Assembly (NCBI GenBank): GCA_963829445.1
Contig: CAWHIW010000017.1
Span: forward strand, 89,225 to 153,224
Direction: 5' to 3'
DNA length: 64,000 nt
Source of the DNA: an uncultured Solirubrobacterales bacterium
GTDB taxonomy: Bacteria; Actinomycetota; Thermoleophilia; Solirubrobacterales; 70-9
A program made the position numbers and the translations under genes. Every line of letters begins with the position of its first letter. The stretch's first letter is position 1. Positions 62,043 through 64,000 of the stretch are shown piece after piece. A model generated the notes under the pieces. The model had not been told where the DNA came from. It saw only the letters and a program-made list of their open reading frames with translations, and searched no databases.

Positions 62043-62993
62043 TTGCGCAACAAGGCGGAGATTCTGGAGTGGGAGGGGCGCTGGCTCGTGCCGGCCGGGC
62101 TGGCGACGCTTGCCGGCATCGCCCTGGTGATCGCCTCGGCCTTCGCGATCGGCGGCGTCAGCGGCGACGGCGACGCCGAACTGCTGCGCTCCGCCTACGA
62201 GCACAGCTCCTCCGTCACCATCGCCGCGCTCCTGCAGGCGGTCGGCTTCGTGTTCCTGGTGGCGCCGCTCTTCTTCCTCTTCCGAGCGGCGGCGGCGCGC
62301 AGCGACCGCATGCGCTACCAGCTGATCGGCCTGGTCATCGCGGCGCCGCTCTTCCTCTCGGTCGCGGCGGTGCTCAACGCCGTCGCCACCAACGAAGCGG
62401 CGGACGCGTTCGTCGCCGGCAACGCCAAGCCCGGGATCACGGCCAAGGCGGCGACGCCGACTGCCAGTCCGAACAGAAGGACAAGGGCGCGAAGGAGTTC
62501 GGCGAAGAATACGACGGGGCCACGCCGCCGGCCGCGCTGCGAACGCTGCACGAAGACGAAGGTCGCCGACGAAGAAGCGACCAACGCGATCAGCGAAGCC
62601 TCGACCCACGGCGCCGCGATCGGCTTCGGCTTCGGCGGCCGCATCGGCCTCGCCTTCGCCCTCCTCTACACCTGCCTCTGGGCGATGCGGGCCGGGCTGC
62701 TGACCCGCTTCTGGGGCTCGCTGGGGATGGCGCTCGGCGTCGCCGCCCTGCTCCTTCTGGTCCAGTTCACGATGATCTGGTTCATCTACTTCGGCCTGCT
62801 CCTGCTCGGCCGCCTGCCCGGCGGCCGGCCGCCCGCCTGGGCGGCGGGGGAAGCGGTCCCCTGGCCGACGCCAGGGGAGAAAGCCGCGGAAAGCCTGGAA
62901 GGATCGGAGCCCTTCGACCCCACCGATTCACCGGATCCGGGCGACAGCGGCCCCGCCGATGGCGAGCGCCGCAAGCGCAAGCAGCGCGACTAG
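62043..62993 (+). CDS. Multi-TM membrane protein of unknown function (frame excursion at about 62440-62560)
   Basis: TTG start, at least 5 hydrophobic segments, a basic nonsense-looking middle stretch and an acidic/Pro-rich C-terminal tail. Confidence 0.55.
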   Translation: MRNKAEILEWEGRWLVPAGLATLAGIALVIASAFAIGGVSGDGDAELLRSAYEHSSSVTIAALLQAVGFVFLVAPLFFLFRAAAARSDRMRYQLIGLVIAAPLFLSVAAVLNAVATNEAADAFVAGNAKPGITAKAATPTASPNRRTRARRSSAKNTTGPRRRPRCERCTKTKVADEEATNAISEASTHGAAIGFGFGGRIGLAFALLYTCLWAMRAGLLTRFWGSLGMALGVAALLLLVQFTMIWFIYFGLLLLGRLPGGRPPAWAAGEAVPWPTPGEKAAESLEGSEPFDPTDSPDPGDSGPADGERRKRKQRD

Positions 62994-62999
62994 CCCTTC

Positions 63000-64000
63000 C
63001 TACCCCAGCGGGTTCAGGCCCGGCGGCGCCTCGGTCTGCTCGGCCGCGTGGGCGCGCTTGCGGTGGGTGCGGATCTCGCTCATGATCCGCTCCAGGCGCG
63101 GCTCGGCGGAGGTGTCGACGTGGCTCATCGCGGCGGCGACGCCGGGGTGGATGGCGGCGATCCGCTCGTGCATCGCCTGGGCGACGGCGCGGTAGCTGGG
63201 GTGGCCCTCGCGGCCGGAGCGCAGCTCGATCAGGTGCATCGCCTCGCGGGCGTTGAGGTCGAGCGATGTAGCGGATCCGGTAGGCGAGGCTGAGCGCGTA
63301 GGGCGCCTGCTCGGCGAGGCCGGCGGCGGTCAGGCGCTCGTACTCGTCGCGGGAGACCTCGAGCGCGCGCTCGAACTCGCCGCCGACGCCGGCTTCGACC
63401 ACCTCGTCGGGGACGCCGGCGCCGAGGTCGGGGCCGAGGCGCTGCCACTGGCAGGTCAGCATCCGGTGGCGCTGCAGGTCGCGGAAGGCGCCGTAGTCGG
63501 AGACGATCTCGAAGCGGTAGCGCAGCGCCTCGAAGCCGCGGCCGGGGCGGTGGCGGCGGTTGGCGCGCTCGCCGACGACGGCGGCCAGCAGCTGCGCCCG
63601 CTCGGTCCGGTCGAGGACGTCGATGCGGGCGAGGATCTCGGTCTCCGGCGCTCCCGCCGCCTCGAACAGGCAGGAGGCGAGCAGGTCCTCTTCGGTGCCG
63701 TCGACGTGGATCAGCTCGACCGAGGGGGCGTCCTCGCCGCTGCCGCGGCGGTCGAGCCCGAGGCGCGCGACCCAGCTCTCGGTCCGCTCGCGGCGCTGCT
63801 GCAGGTAGGAGATCCACTCGCCGCCGCGGTCGGGGCGCTCGACCCGGGAGACGAAGCTCGGCATCACCCGCTGCAGCTCGGCCAGGATCATGCCGCCGTA
63901 CTCGCGCGCCTCCGGCAGCGGCGAGGCCAGCAGCCGCAGGATCAGCTGCTCGTAGGCCTGGCCGGAGGCGTAGATGCCGACGTGGCTGAGCGTCGCCGCC
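63000..64000 (-). CDS. Thy1/ThyX-family (FAD-dependent thymidylate synthase-like) protein, 5-prime partial at the window edge (one frame break at about 63250)
   Basis: RRHRPGRGFEALRYRFEIVSDYGAFRDLQRHRMLT (paired RHR motifs of the ThyX fold). The C-terminus MHLIELRSGREGHPSYR... is in ORF 63000..63239, and the reading frame continues past 64000. Confidence 0.6.

Overview
This is a high-GC, actinobacterial-type chromosomal segment that is almost fully coding. It is dominated by central carbon and lipid metabolism: citrate synthase, aconitase, a fused E2o-E1o 2-oxoglutarate dehydrogenase, the methylmalonyl-CoA mutase catalytic subunit, propionyl-CoA carboxylase beta, an acyl-CoA dehydrogenase, a fatty acyl-CoA reductase and an alkyl-DHAP-synthase-like oxidase. 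Envelope genes include UDP-xylose synthase, an epimerase, decaprenyl-phosphate phosphoribosyltransferase, an NlpC/P60 peptidase, a sulfotransferase and an MprF-like flippase domain protein. A Pot-like ABC importer is also present. Regulators comprise five TetR genes (four of them clustered), two two-component systems and an ECF sigma/anti-sigma fusion. I saw no rRNA, tRNA, CRISPR array, transposase, integrase or phage genes. Two sequence-level phenomena stand out. (1) Roughly 40-55 reading-frame breaks (my estimate by eye) hit about half of the genes. Where I checked, they fall in G/C homopolymers, so I annotate whole genes across the breaks and treat most breaks as probable indel errors. (2) There are at least five families of short structured palindromic repeats, which I call A-E. 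Their stems covary while loops or cores stay conserved. Some sit inside ORFs and can be read through: the helicase, the Kgd inter-domain linker and the AGPS-like gene. Other notable items:
- a ydaO-type c-di-AMP riboswitch upstream of the NlpC/P60 gene;
- two tandem LexA (GAAC-N4-GTTC) boxes upstream of a lysine-rich coiled-coil protein;
- an apparently complete E2o (lipoyl + PSBD + catalytic) fused to E1o;
- a FAR plus AGPS pair suggesting ether-lipid synthesis;
- two paralogous decapeptide-repeat surface proteins in lower-GC islets;
- a translationally coupled triad of unknown small genes downstream of gltA.
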